From NCBI GenBank assembly GCA_958295685.2, contig OY282365.1:702975-766974 (forward strand): a stretch of 64,000 nucleotides of DNA. The letters run 5' to 3'. The number at the start of each line of letters is the position of its first letter. Within the stretch, counting starts at the first letter, position 1. A program made the translations under genes and the position numbers. Source of the DNA: an uncultured Dehalococcoidia bacterium. GTDB lineage: Bacteria; Chloroflexota; Dehalococcoidia; Lucifugimonadales; CATQGZ01. Under the pieces are notes generated by a model. That model was not told where the DNA came from, ran no database searches, and saw nothing but the letters and a program-made list of their open reading frames with translations. Below, in pieces: positions 33,937 to 42,700 of the stretch.

Positions 33937-34377
33937 TCAGGCCTCCGTTGCGGGGTGAATGTTCCTGACGCATCTGGCGATCACGTCGCCCATGAGCTGC
34001 GCCTCCGGCGCGCTGCCCGGAGGCAGCCCCAGGATTTCACTGTGTGACGGATCGGCTTCGAATTCGGCATCCGCGTCCAAGGGGCTGTGAACGAAGCGAA
34101 TGCCATCGAGGCCGCCGCCGATGCGTTCCCGCGTCTCCCCTACGTTCAACTCGGCAAACCGGTGAGAGTGTCTCAGAGTCAGTCGAATCAGGCGTCTGAC
34201 CTCATTCAGTTGCTGGGACTTCGACTGGCCCCTGAAGCAATCGAGCCAGTTGACGGAGAGGCCCTGTTCCCCGTCCTTGAGCAGGAAAGCGGAGCCGTCC
34301 AATCTTCCGTCACGGATCTGGGTCTGTTTGGCATGGCGAACTACGCTGTCTTCGTTGGGCAGGTCGCGCCCGGTCAC
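33937..34377 (-). CDS. hypothetical protein (146 aa) immediately upstream of mod
   Basis: The GTG start at 34377 overlaps the upstream stop (GTGA). The product reads VTGRDLPNEDSVVRHAKQTQIRDGRLDGSAFLLKDGEQGLSVNWLDCFRG…. The stop lies 5 nt before the mod ATG. The longer ORF to 34554 overlaps the upstream gene. Confidence 0.6.
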   Translation of the reverse strand: MTGRDLPNEDSVVRHAKQTQIRDGRLDGSAFLLKDGEQGLSVNWLDCFRGQSKSQQLNEVRRLIRLTLRHSHRFAELNVGETRERIGGGLDGIRFVHSPLDADAEFEADPSHSEILGLPPGSAPEAQLMGDVIARCVRNIHPATEA

Positions 34378-34940
34378 CGGTTCACCAGAGGCGTGAGGTC
34401 GAACTTGTGGATCCGTTCCTTCATCCCATCCAGAGTGTCCGTTCCCGCAAGGCGTTGGACTTGTCTGCCGGCCTGCTGCTTGAAGATCACGAACGTTATC
34501 GACCCGCCGCCGAGGAAGTGGAGGCCGAGATGATCCTCCCCGTCGCCGTCCCACACGGCACGGAGGTCTCCGTTATCCATCGCCACCAGCCCCGCGCGGC
34601 GGGTAAAGCCGGCCGACTTCATGAACTTCCAGAAGTCCGCTTCAGAGGCCTGGCTGATGGTGAATCCTTCCTCTGCGGCGTATGTTCGAAGCTCGTCGAT
34701 ACGGAGCTCGTAGGCGAGCCGGATGCTTGCACGTTCGGCAGACTCTGCTAAGAAACTGAGTGTGTCAGATAAAATCTTCGGCGTAGTATTCAGGATGACT
34801 CTATACGTGTGTCTGCTTGAAATATCCGTGTGCAATGGCACGTCTGAGTCATCACTAACCGGATTATAGATAGGAGGCGATTCACGCTCGCGTGGCCGGA
34901 GGCGGGGCTCTGTGAGAGCCGTGGATGCCGTCATGGTCAT
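34374..34940 (-). CDS. hypothetical protein (188 aa)
   Basis: The ATG overlaps the stop of the TIGR04255-like gene (ATGA). The region encoding the N-terminus is G+C-poor. I recognise no family. Confidence 0.6.
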   Translation of the reverse strand: MTMTASTALTEPRLRPRERESPPIYNPVSDDSDVPLHTDISSRHTYRVILNTTPKILSDTLSFLAESAERASIRLAYELRIDELRTYAAEEGFTISQASEADFWKFMKSAGFTRRAGLVAMDNGDLRAVWDGDGEDHLGLHFLGGGSITFVIFKQQAGRQVQRLAGTDTLDGMKERIHKFDLTPLVNR

Positions 34941-35734
34941 TGTGGTTCCTCTGTCAGCTTCCAGTGTTCACGCTGAATGTTCGAGTCCGTTATGCGCACA
35001 AAGGAATCAATGATGTGGTCGTGTGCGCGCTCAAACCACTTGTCTGCCACGGACTTCGCAGCCAATTCGAGTGGTCCACCCACTTTGATCTCGAAAACCA
35101 GCATCGGGTTGTCCGGCTTCTCTGTGGCCGGTCCGCTTCGGATCGCTATACCCACCCCAAGGTCGGCTTCAATCCTGTATCCGTATTGGCAATTGAACTC
35201 CGAAGGCATAGCGACGTCGGCATCACGTAACGGAGTCGAGAACGCTGGGATTATCCTGGCGGTGTCATCCGGCCCATCCCAGAACTGGCATCTCTCTATG
35301 GTGTTGACATAGGTGAGTTCGCACATGCCGATGGAGGGCCTGGGCAGATTGACTTCGGTTCGGACGAATTCGTCGAAGAGACCGTAGTACCTGTCGAAGG
35401 TAGGTTTGATGTCTCTATGGAACCGGGGGTACTTCTGTGACTTTCGGCGGCGCCAATTGAGTATGAAGGCACTCTTCTCAACTTGAATGACGTATGTGTC
35501 ATCTTCAGAGACGAACCAGTATCTGGGCATTGGGAACATCTCGTTAGAGACCGCATCCGTTGCAGGCGCCAGTGGAGGGACCAGTGGTGGTTGTTGCCGC
35601 ACGACGGGGAATTCGCGTTTTATCTTCTCCCAGAACAGGCCAACGTGCTCGCTGCGGAAGTCGTTCAGGTGTGGATTGAAGTATGCGGCTATAGCTACTT
35701 CGTTTATCGGCGGATTCTCGAAGGCTATGGGCAT
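34937..35734 (-). CDS. TIGR04255-like uncharacterised protein (265 aa)
   Basis: The N-terminus (MPIAFENPPINEVAIAAYF) and the length resemble the TIGR04255 conserved-hypothetical family as I remember it. The gene is G+C-poor. Confidence 0.55.
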   Translation of the reverse strand: MPIAFENPPINEVAIAAYFNPHLNDFRSEHVGLFWEKIKREFPVVRQQPPLVPPLAPATDAVSNEMFPMPRYWFVSEDDTYVIQVEKSAFILNWRRRKSQKYPRFHRDIKPTFDRYYGLFDEFVRTEVNLPRPSIGMCELTYVNTIERCQFWDGPDDTARIIPAFSTPLRDADVAMPSEFNCQYGYRIEADLGVGIAIRSGPATEKPDNPMLVFEIKVGGPLELAAKSVADKWFERAHDHIIDSFVRITDSNIQREHWKLTEEPQ

Positions 35735-35781
35735 CTTGCCGTCTCAGCGTTCCCTTCTTTGCTCAGCGTGCGCCATGCGCC

Positions 35782-36054
35782 TTAGTCATAGACTGGCCTG
35801 TACTGTACTGAAGCAGGCAGGTTTATCGGCGGCGCCCCTACCCGCCTTATCAGGTACGGGCCGCGCCCGAATCGGTGGACAGCGTCCTGGGCGGCCTCCT
35901 CAAACGATTCGTACGCGCCCACCAGCTTCCCACCGTGAAAGACTACCCACGTGCCGAAGTGGTCGGTCTCCAGGACATCGCGCATCTCTTCATACGCCGC
36001 TATCTGACTGCTGAGTGTGGCCACGGCGTCATTCTCCATGTTCACCTCACGCAT
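35782..36054 (-). CDS. small DUF5678-like protein (start uncertain)
   Basis: The sequence reads …HFGTWVVFHGGKLVGAYESFEEAAQDAVHRFGRGPYLIRRVG…. Possible starts are a GTG at 36066, an ATG at 36054 (after GGGAGG) and an ATG at 36039 (after GAGGTG). Confidence 0.55.
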   Translation of the reverse strand: MREVNMENDAVATLSSQIAAYEEMRDVLETDHFGTWVVFHGGKLVGAYESFEEAAQDAVHRFGRGPYLIRRVGAPPINLPASVQYRPVYD

Positions 36055-36124
36055 CGAGCCTCCCACATATGGGTATTAAGTATAGACAACCAGCCATCGG
36101 GGTCAAGCTCTTGGAGGGCAACCA

Positions 36125-39100
36125 TCACTTGATGCCGCGCGTAGGCTCTCGCGGTCCAGCCAGCGCCTCTGTGATCAGGTTGTCGAACCCGGTCTCGATG
36201 CCGTAGACGTCCGTGAACTCGGCGAAGGCCCAGCGGCCGTGCTGTCGAAGGTTGTTCACGCCTGGGATCCAGTGGGTCTCGATGGCGAGCTTCTTCATCT
36301 TGGCATCCTGTCTGCGGTAGCCCTTTATCTCCACGACGAGATTGAGCGGGTCGTCTTGGCCGTGTCCGTCGTCGACCTGGACGATGAAGTCGGGGACGTA
36401 GGCGCGGGTGTCGGAGCCGGAGCGGTATGGGACCTCGAGCCCCAGGTTGTGGTTCTTCACGTATGCCCTCACCCTGGGGTGAGCCTCGGCCACGCGGCAG
36501 AATTCGGCCTCCCAGTCGCTGTCGAGGACGATCCAGTTCACGTGGCACTTGCGGGAGTCCGTCTGCCATCGGCCGGTCTTGGACGTGCCGAAGTTCACGT
36601 GCGCGGTGGAGCCGGTCGGGTTGAACGAATCGAGCAGGGCCTTGACGGGATAGCTGCTGGCGCTGCTGCTGCTGACGATGGCGGCGGTGATGATCTCGCA
36701 GGCCGTGTTCGCCAGGCGATGGTACCTGAGTTGGGCCGGATGGGTTCCGCCCGTGCAGACGAGGTAGCCATCGAGCCACTGGCTGACGATTCCCTTCAGC
36801 CTGCCGAAGAGGTGGAGCTTGGGGTCTTCGTTGGAATCGCGCCACTTGGTTTCGAGAAGGTGCTTGGTCAGATGGAATGCCACTGCGGCGCGCCTCGTGC
36901 CGTCAAGGTGGTCCACGTTCAGATCGGCTCCCTCGCCGATGATGCCCTCGACCCTGGTCTTCGTGGGGCCGACCAGTTCCGGCGTCAGTTCCAGGTATGA
37001 GTCGTCGGTGAACTTCGCCGCGAGCTCCTCCCTGGGCGGGTCGACGCGGTAGCCGGATACCCTGGGGAACCGTATTTCGAGGCGGTCTCTGTCGGGCCTG
37101 ACGGCCCTGACCTGAACGGTTTGGCGGGGGGGCTGAGGCTTTACGACGACCGGCCTCGCGGTGAAGTCGAAGGGCACGCCGAGCACGTCGGCGTACTCGA
37201 CGTCGAACAGGTCGTCGTCGTTGAGGTCGTAGGACTGGCGGCGCAGGGCGCGTCCGACGACCTGTTCGCACAGGAGCTGGGTGCCGAAGGCTCGCACGCC
37301 GAGAACGTGGGTGACGGTGTTGGCGTCCCAGCCCTCGGTGAGCATGGAGACCGACACGACGCAACGGATGGACTGCCCGAGGCGTCCCGCCTTGCCCACG
37401 GTGTTCATCACCTCTCTGAGAAGGTCCTGGTCGGAGATGGCTTTGGCCTCGCGGGCGTCGCCTGTGCGCTCCACCCTCTCCCTGCGGAAGCGGTCGATTT
37501 CGTCGGCGGACATCTTGCGGAAGTTCTTGTCCAGGGCGTTGCCGGACTCGAGCTGCTCGCTGTCTATCAGCACGGTGCGGGGCACCGGGAGCGGGCTGCC
37601 GTGGTCGTCGAAGTTTCGGAACAGGGCGAGGCGCCCCTGCTCCAGAGTTCTGGAGCCGTCGTCGTTCTCACGGTGGAAGCCGGAGACGTAGTCGTAGACC
37701 AGCTTGGAGGTGGAGGTGTTGTTGCATACCACTATGAAGCAGGGCGGGACGGTGATCCCGGCGTTGTGCCAAGTCTCGTGGGTCTTCTCGTAGTGTCCAT
37801 AGAGGGCGTCCAGGGCGGTCTGAAGCTGCGGCGGCAGGCTGAGCGGGTCGAGGTCTCCTTTGGTCTTGCCTCGTCCACTCTTCGGCATGTCCTTGCGGAT
37901 GTTTTCCCAGAGGGCGCGGTACTTGGGCATGTCGCCGCCTGGGATGTTGTCGGCCACCGGGACGCGCGGGAGCTTGACGATGCCGCACTCGATGGCGTCC
38001 ATGAGCGAGAAGTCGCTCACGGTCCAGGGGAACAGGGTGCCCTCGGCGTAGCCGGAGCCTCTCAGGAAGAAGGGGGTGGCCGAGAGGTCGACGACCTGCC
38101 TCAGGCCGATCCTGCGCTTGACGATTTCGAGGCCCGATATCCAGACGCGGGCAGCCTCGTTGTTCCTGTCGGCCTCTTTCCTGTCGTCGCCCCTCAGGAC
38201 GGCCTCGTCGTCGGCCTCGCCCGGCTTACGGCGGTAGCAGTGGTGTCCTTCGTCGTTCAGCACCCATACGTCTTTCATGCCCATGAGGTCGGGCATGACG
38301 CGCTGGATCATCTGGCCCTCGGTCTCCATCGTCTTCAGCTCGGGACCCCTGCCCTGAAGAAGAGCGCGGTTGCCGCCGGAAAGCTCCATGCGGTCACGCA
38401 GCCTGAGCGCGTGGTAGTTGGTGATGACGATCCTGGCGCGGTCGAGGTCGCCGAGCATGTCCCTGGGCACGAGTTCTCTGCTGGCGTAGTAGCTGTCGGG
38501 GTCGTTGGGTTGAAGCACGCGCAGCCGGTCTTTGATGGTGATGCCCGGAGCGACTATCAGGAAGCCCCTCGTGAATCGGCTGCTGGCGGGGCGCCGGACG
38601 GCGTTGACGGTCTGCCACGCGATGATCATGGCCATGACGGTGGTCTTGCCGGCGCCGGTGGCCAGCTTCAGGGCCAGGCGCGACAGCTCTGGGTTGGCGT
38701 CGTTGTTGGCGTTGGCGAGGCGTTCGAGGAGACGCCTTCCGACCTGCCCCGACTTGGGCGCAACCTCGGTGAGCCATATGGCCGTCTCGACCGCCTCCAC
38801 CTGACAGAAGAAGGGTCGGATGCCGCTGAAGTCATGATGCCGCCAGTGCCGGAGCAGGCGCGCGGTTTCGGGCGTGACGCGCCAGTCGTTGGGATTGCTC
38901 AGGCCTCTCCACCGGTCGACGTGACGGCGAATCTCGTTCACCATTGCGGTCACGTCGTACTGCTGCTCCTGGGTCGACAGCCCCTTGCCCTCGTCGATGA
39001 CGAACTGCTGCTGATCCCTTGCAGCCTTGCTCTTCCTGGGCTTCGGTATGGGAGTGATGAACTCCGCGCCGCGCCGGTTGTCGATGATCCGCTGGGTCGG

Positions 39101-39199
39101 CTGACCCTGGTCATCGAGCTCCCAGTGCCTCATCGGGTACTCGTAGGGAGGGTTGAGTATGGGTTGTTCGAAGAAGCGATTTTCCACGAGAGACCTCAT
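36125..39199 (-). CDS. res: Type III-like restriction enzyme Res subunit (SF2 helicase with a C-terminal PD-(D/E)xK nuclease)
   Basis: The N-terminus MRSLVENRFFEQPILNPPYEYP is typical of this res family; the longest ORF starts at 39268. Helicase motifs present are I (LATGAGKTTVMA), II (VLNDEGHHCY) and VI (TEGWDANTVTHVLGVRAFGTQLLCEQVVGRALRR). The C-terminus reads VPDFIVQV…LVVEIKGY. Confidence 0.85.
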   Translation of the reverse strand: MRSLVENRFFEQPILNPPYEYPMRHWELDDQGQPTQRIIDNRRGAEFITPIPKPRKSKAARDQQQFVIDEGKGLSTQEQQYDVTAMVNEIRRHVDRWRGLSNPNDWRVTPETARLLRHWRHHDFSGIRPFFCQVEAVETAIWLTEVAPKSGQVGRRLLERLANANNDANPELSRLALKLATGAGKTTVMAMIIAWQTVNAVRRPASSRFTRGFLIVAPGITIKDRLRVLQPNDPDSYYASRELVPRDMLGDLDRARIVITNYHALRLRDRMELSGGNRALLQGRGPELKTMETEGQMIQRVMPDLMGMKDVWVLNDEGHHCYRRKPGEADDEAVLRGDDRKEADRNNEAARVWISGLEIVKRRIGLRQVVDLSATPFFLRGSGYAEGTLFPWTVSDFSLMDAIECGIVKLPRVPVADNIPGGDMPKYRALWENIRKDMPKSGRGKTKGDLDPLSLPPQLQTALDALYGHYEKTHETWHNAGITVPPCFIVVCNNTSTSKLVYDYVSGFHRENDDGSRTLEQGRLALFRNFDDHGSPLPVPRTVLIDSEQLESGNALDKNFRKMSADEIDRFRRERVERTGDAREAKAISDQDLLREVMNTVGKAGRLGQSIRCVVSVSMLTEGWDANTVTHVLGVRAFGTQLLCEQVVGRALRRQSYDLNDDDLFDVEYADVLGVPFDFTARPVVVKPQPPRQTVQVRAVRPDRDRLEIRFPRVSGYRVDPPREELAAKFTDDSYLELTPELVGPTKTRVEGIIGEGADLNVDHLDGTRRAAVAFHLTKHLLETKWRDSNEDPKLHLFGRLKGIVSQWLDGYLVCTGGTHPAQLRYHRLANTACEIITAAIVSSSSASSYPVKALLDSFNPTGSTAHVNFGTSKTGRWQTDSRKCHVNWIVLDSDWEAEFCRVAEAHPRVRAYVKNHNLGLEVPYRSGSDTRAYVPDFIVQVDDGHGQDDPLNLVVEIKGYRRQDAKMKKLAIETHWIPGVNNLRQHGRWAFAEFTDVYGIETGFDNLITEALAGPREPTRGIK

Positions 39200-39393
39200 A
39201 GATTTCCAGCCGGCGTCAAGACGGCTGCAGGGTGACGGCACCATATTGTAGCCCGTCTCCCATGGCATGTGACAAGCCTGACGCTCACCATCAGGTGCCG
39301 GAGCTTGTGCCGCCTCCGTCCCTGGTCGGACGGCCTCTGCCCTGCTGTGGGCGCAATCCGTTATAGTGAGTAGTCAGACTGGGGTAAGGAGGG

Positions 39394-40227
39394 TTGCCGT
39401 TGGAAGTTTCGGCGTGCGTGGACCGCGTATCGGTGGGCGAGGAGGGCGGCGCCGGCCCGCCGAATATCTATCTGGTGACCGGCGGCGGCGGGGCGGCGTT
39501 CATAGACACGGGCTACGGCACAGACGCAGAGATGGAGGAGTGCCTCCGGCTGTGGAGGCTGAGGGGCCGGCCTGCGGTGTCGGCCATCGTTCTGACTCAC
39601 CGGCATCCGGATCACGTGGGCGGAGCCGCGCGGCTGCGGGCCGCGGCGGGGGGCAGGGTCGTGTGCTCGGCGGAAGAGCGGGGGCCTATCGAGGAGGCGG
39701 GCGTGTCCGTAGACGTCAGCGCGGCGCAGGACGAGACGCTGGACCTGGGCGGGCTGACGCTGGAGATCGTCGAGACGCCGGGCCACACGATGGGCAGTCT
39801 GTGCGTGCTGCTGAGGGAGGAGGGGCTGCTGTTCACGGGCGATACGGTTCTGGGCAGGGGCAGCGTCGCCGTCAGCCCCGACCACGGCGACGTGGGGTTG
39901 TACGTCGAGTCGCTGGAGCGTCTCGCGCGGTATCCGCTTCGGCGAATAGCGCCGGGCCACGGCCCGATGGTGGACGACCCTGTGGGGAGGCTGAGGTGGC
40001 TCATCGACCACCGCGCGAGGCGCGAGAAGCAGATACTGTCTCTTCTGCGGGACGGCGCTTCGAGCATGGACGACCTGTTCGAGGCGATCTACCCAAACCT
40101 CAGGGGCGACCTGTGCTGGGCGGCCCGGGGGCAGATCAGGGCCCACCTGCTCAAGCTGGAGCGGGACGGCCTGCTGGCCTCGGCGAGTCCGGAGGACGGG
40201 CGCTACACTCTCAGGAGCGATACATGA
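39394..40227 (+). CDS. MBL-fold metallo-hydrolase
   Basis: The motif THRHPDHVGG is present. The TTG start follows an AAGGAGGG RBS. Confidence 0.85.
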   Translation: MPLEVSACVDRVSVGEEGGAGPPNIYLVTGGGGAAFIDTGYGTDAEMEECLRLWRLRGRPAVSAIVLTHRHPDHVGGAARLRAAAGGRVVCSAEERGPIEEAGVSVDVSAAQDETLDLGGLTLEIVETPGHTMGSLCVLLREEGLLFTGDTVLGRGSVAVSPDHGDVGLYVESLERLARYPLRRIAPGHGPMVDDPVGRLRWLIDHRARREKQILSLLRDGASSMDDLFEAIYPNLRGDLCWAARGQIRAHLLKLERDGLLASASPEDGRYTLRSDT

Positions 40228-41570
40228 CTTTCAGCAACGCGGAGCTCTTTCCGATCACGGCCGGCGTCACGGCCGGCGGTCATCTGTCGATAGGCGGCAT
40301 CGACGCGGTGGAACTGGCGTCCGAGTTCGGGACGCCTCTGTACGTCTACGACGAGGCGACCCTGCGCGGCATGTGCCGGGAGTTCGTCGGCGAGTTCACG
40401 TCGCGCTATCCGAAGACGACCGTGGCCTATGCGTCCAAGGCGTTCATCAATCCTGCGCTCGCGGCCCTGGCCGAGGAGGAGGGTCTGGGCTTGGACGTGG
40501 TGTCGGGCGGGGAGCTCGCGGTGGCGCGGGCGGGCGGCTTTCCGATGGAGCGGGTCTACTTCCACGGGAACAACAAGACCTCGGACGAGCTGCGGATGGC
40601 CCTGGAGGCCGGGATCGGGCGCATCGTGGTGGACGGCCTCCACGAGTTGGACCTGCTGAACCGGCTCGCGGGAAGCCTGGGGCTGAGGCAGAAGATCATG
40701 CTGAGGCTGTCTCCGGGGGTCGATCCCCACACCCACGCCAAGACCACGACCGGGATTCTGGACAGCAAGTTCGGGATATCGATCGACACGGGGGACGCAG
40801 AGAGGGCCGTCAGGGAGGCGCTGGTGTCCGAGAACCTGGATCTGGTGGGTCTCCACTGCCACCTGGGCTCTCCGATATTCGAGTTGGAGCCGTACTCCAT
40901 CGCCATCGACGCGATGCTGACCTTTGCAGCCGGTCTCGCGCCGGCGGGCCTGGAGCTGCGCGAGTTCAGTCCCGGGGGCGGCTTCGCCATAGGGTACGTC
41001 ACGTCGCAGCTTCCGCCGCCTATAGCCGCCTACGCCGAGGTGATCACGAGCGCGCTCAAGGCACGCTCAGGGGATCTGGGACTCGGGGAGCCTCGTCTGG
41101 TCGTCGAGCCGGGGCGCGCGGTGGTGGGCCGCGCCGGCGTGGCTCTCTACACGGTCGGGGCGATCAAGGACATCCCGACGGTCAGGAAGTACGTCTCTCT
41201 GGATGGCGGCATGGGTGACAACATCCGACCCGCGATGTACGAAGCGGTGTACGAGGCGGTGGCCGCCAACCGGATGAGGGAGCCTGCCGTCGAGACGGTG
41301 ACGCTGGTCGGGAAGTTCTGCGAGTCCGGGGACTATCTGGTGCGTGACATAGCTCTCCCGGTTCTGGAGCAGGGCGACGTGGTGGCGGTGCCGTCGTCGG
41401 GAGCGTACGCGCCCTCGATGGCGTCGAACTACAACCTGAACCCCCGTCCGCCGATCGTGATGGTCGGCAACGGGTCGGCGCGTCTGATCCGCCGACGGGA
41501 GACCCACGAGGACATGATGCGGGCCGACGTCTGGCAGCGCGAGGCCGGGAAGGATCCAGCCGGTGACTGA
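40224..41570 (+). CDS. lysA: diaminopimelate decarboxylase
   Basis: The ATG overlaps the MBL gene stop (ATGA). FGTPLYVYDEATLR…YASKAF…EPGRAVVG fits LysA. The longer ORF from 39366 is a shadow frame. Confidence 0.9.
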   Translation: MTFSNAELFPITAGVTAGGHLSIGGIDAVELASEFGTPLYVYDEATLRGMCREFVGEFTSRYPKTTVAYASKAFINPALAALAEEEGLGLDVVSGGELAVARAGGFPMERVYFHGNNKTSDELRMALEAGIGRIVVDGLHELDLLNRLAGSLGLRQKIMLRLSPGVDPHTHAKTTTGILDSKFGISIDTGDAERAVREALVSENLDLVGLHCHLGSPIFELEPYSIAIDAMLTFAAGLAPAGLELREFSPGGGFAIGYVTSQLPPPIAAYAEVITSALKARSGDLGLGEPRLVVEPGRAVVGRAGVALYTVGAIKDIPTVRKYVSLDGGMGDNIRPAMYEAVYEAVAANRMREPAVETVTLVGKFCESGDYLVRDIALPVLEQGDVVAVPSSGAYAPSMASNYNLNPRPPIVMVGNGSARLIRRRETHEDMMRADVWQREAGKDPAGD

Positions 41571-42585
41571 GGGCTACGACGCCGAGACCGGGTTCCGCCC
41601 CCGCCTGTCGATACGGGGCAGGCCGGTGGTGACGGAAGCCCTGCTGGCGGTGAACATCCTGCTGTGGGTGGCGCTGGAGCTCAGGGGCGGGTCGACGAAC
41701 GCCGAGGCGCTGCTCGACTTCGGGGCGATATCGGCCCCGCTCATCGCGGACGGCGAGTACTGGCGGCTGTTCACGGGAATGTTCCTTCACGCCGGGGTCG
41801 TACACATACTGGCGAACGGCCTGTCACTCTTCATATTCGGGCGAATAGTGGAGGGCATCTACGGCCATGCTCGGTTCGCTCTGGTCTACCTGCTGGCGGG
41901 CCTGTTCGGCAGCGTCGCCAGCTTTTCTCTCAACTCGACCGGCGTCGGTGTCGGGGCGAGCGGGGCGGTCTTCGGCCTAGTCGGCGCTCTGGCGGCCTAC
42001 TTCGTGGCGAACCGCCGAGTCATGGGGAAGATGGGCCGCCAGAACCTGACCGGGCTGGTGGTCCTGATGGGCATCAACCTCGCGTTCGGGCTGACGTTCC
42101 CGGGTATCGACAACTGGGCTCACCTGGGCGGTCTGGCGTCCGGGTTCCTGCTGGGCTTGGCGCTGGCTCCAAGCTACCGCCACGTGATTCCGGTCGGCCT
42201 GCTCCAGGTATACAGGCAACCGCCTGTGGACAGAAACTCACTCGCCAGGCGGTGGTACGTGGCGCCGGCGGCGGTGGCCGTCCTGCTCGCCGCCCTCTGG
42301 GCGGGGCTGGCCGTGCAGCCGGAGACGACAGCGCAGCATCTGCAGGACGCGGAGCGGCTGATCGAGCAGCAGGAATATGACGCGGCGCTCTCCAAGATCG
42401 CGGACGCGCTGACCATAGACCCCATGGATGGGGAGGCATATCTGCTTGCGGGCAGGATCTACGTGGAGACGGGGAACTACGGCCCGGCGCGGGACGTGCT
42501 CGGCAGGGCTCTGAGAGCCGGACTGAGCAGCGAATCCCGCGATGAGGCGCTCGACATGCTGGTGAGTCTGAGCGGCCTGCCCTGA
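41563..42585 (+). CDS. rhomboid family intramembrane serine protease with C-terminal TPR-like region
   Basis: The sequence reads YWRLFTGMFLHAGVVHILANG…GVGASGAVFGL…NWAHLGG. Confidence 0.85.
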   Translation: MTEGYDAETGFRPRLSIRGRPVVTEALLAVNILLWVALELRGGSTNAEALLDFGAISAPLIADGEYWRLFTGMFLHAGVVHILANGLSLFIFGRIVEGIYGHARFALVYLLAGLFGSVASFSLNSTGVGVGASGAVFGLVGALAAYFVANRRVMGKMGRQNLTGLVVLMGINLAFGLTFPGIDNWAHLGGLASGFLLGLALAPSYRHVIPVGLLQVYRQPPVDRNSLARRWYVAPAAVAVLLAALWAGLAVQPETTAQHLQDAERLIEQQEYDAALSKIADALTIDPMDGEAYLLAGRIYVETGNYGPARDVLGRALRAGLSSESRDEALDMLVSLSGLP

Positions 42586-42700
42586 GCGGCCCAATACAAC
42601 CGGGCGGCGAAATGCCGCCCGCCCCCGCCCTGCCCTTCTCACGTGAGAGGGCAGCCTCAGAGTCGGAGTGAGTGAACCGAGTATCTGGTAAACTTGCCCG

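Noticed and set aside
29565-39393. The RM island could be an integrative element, prophage or ICE.
   Set aside because: I found no integrase, recombinase, transposase or phage structural genes. I found no flanking direct repeats or tRNA at the borders. Only compositional patchiness and the adjacent R4 repeat point to mobility, so I describe it as an island and do not call it a mobile element.
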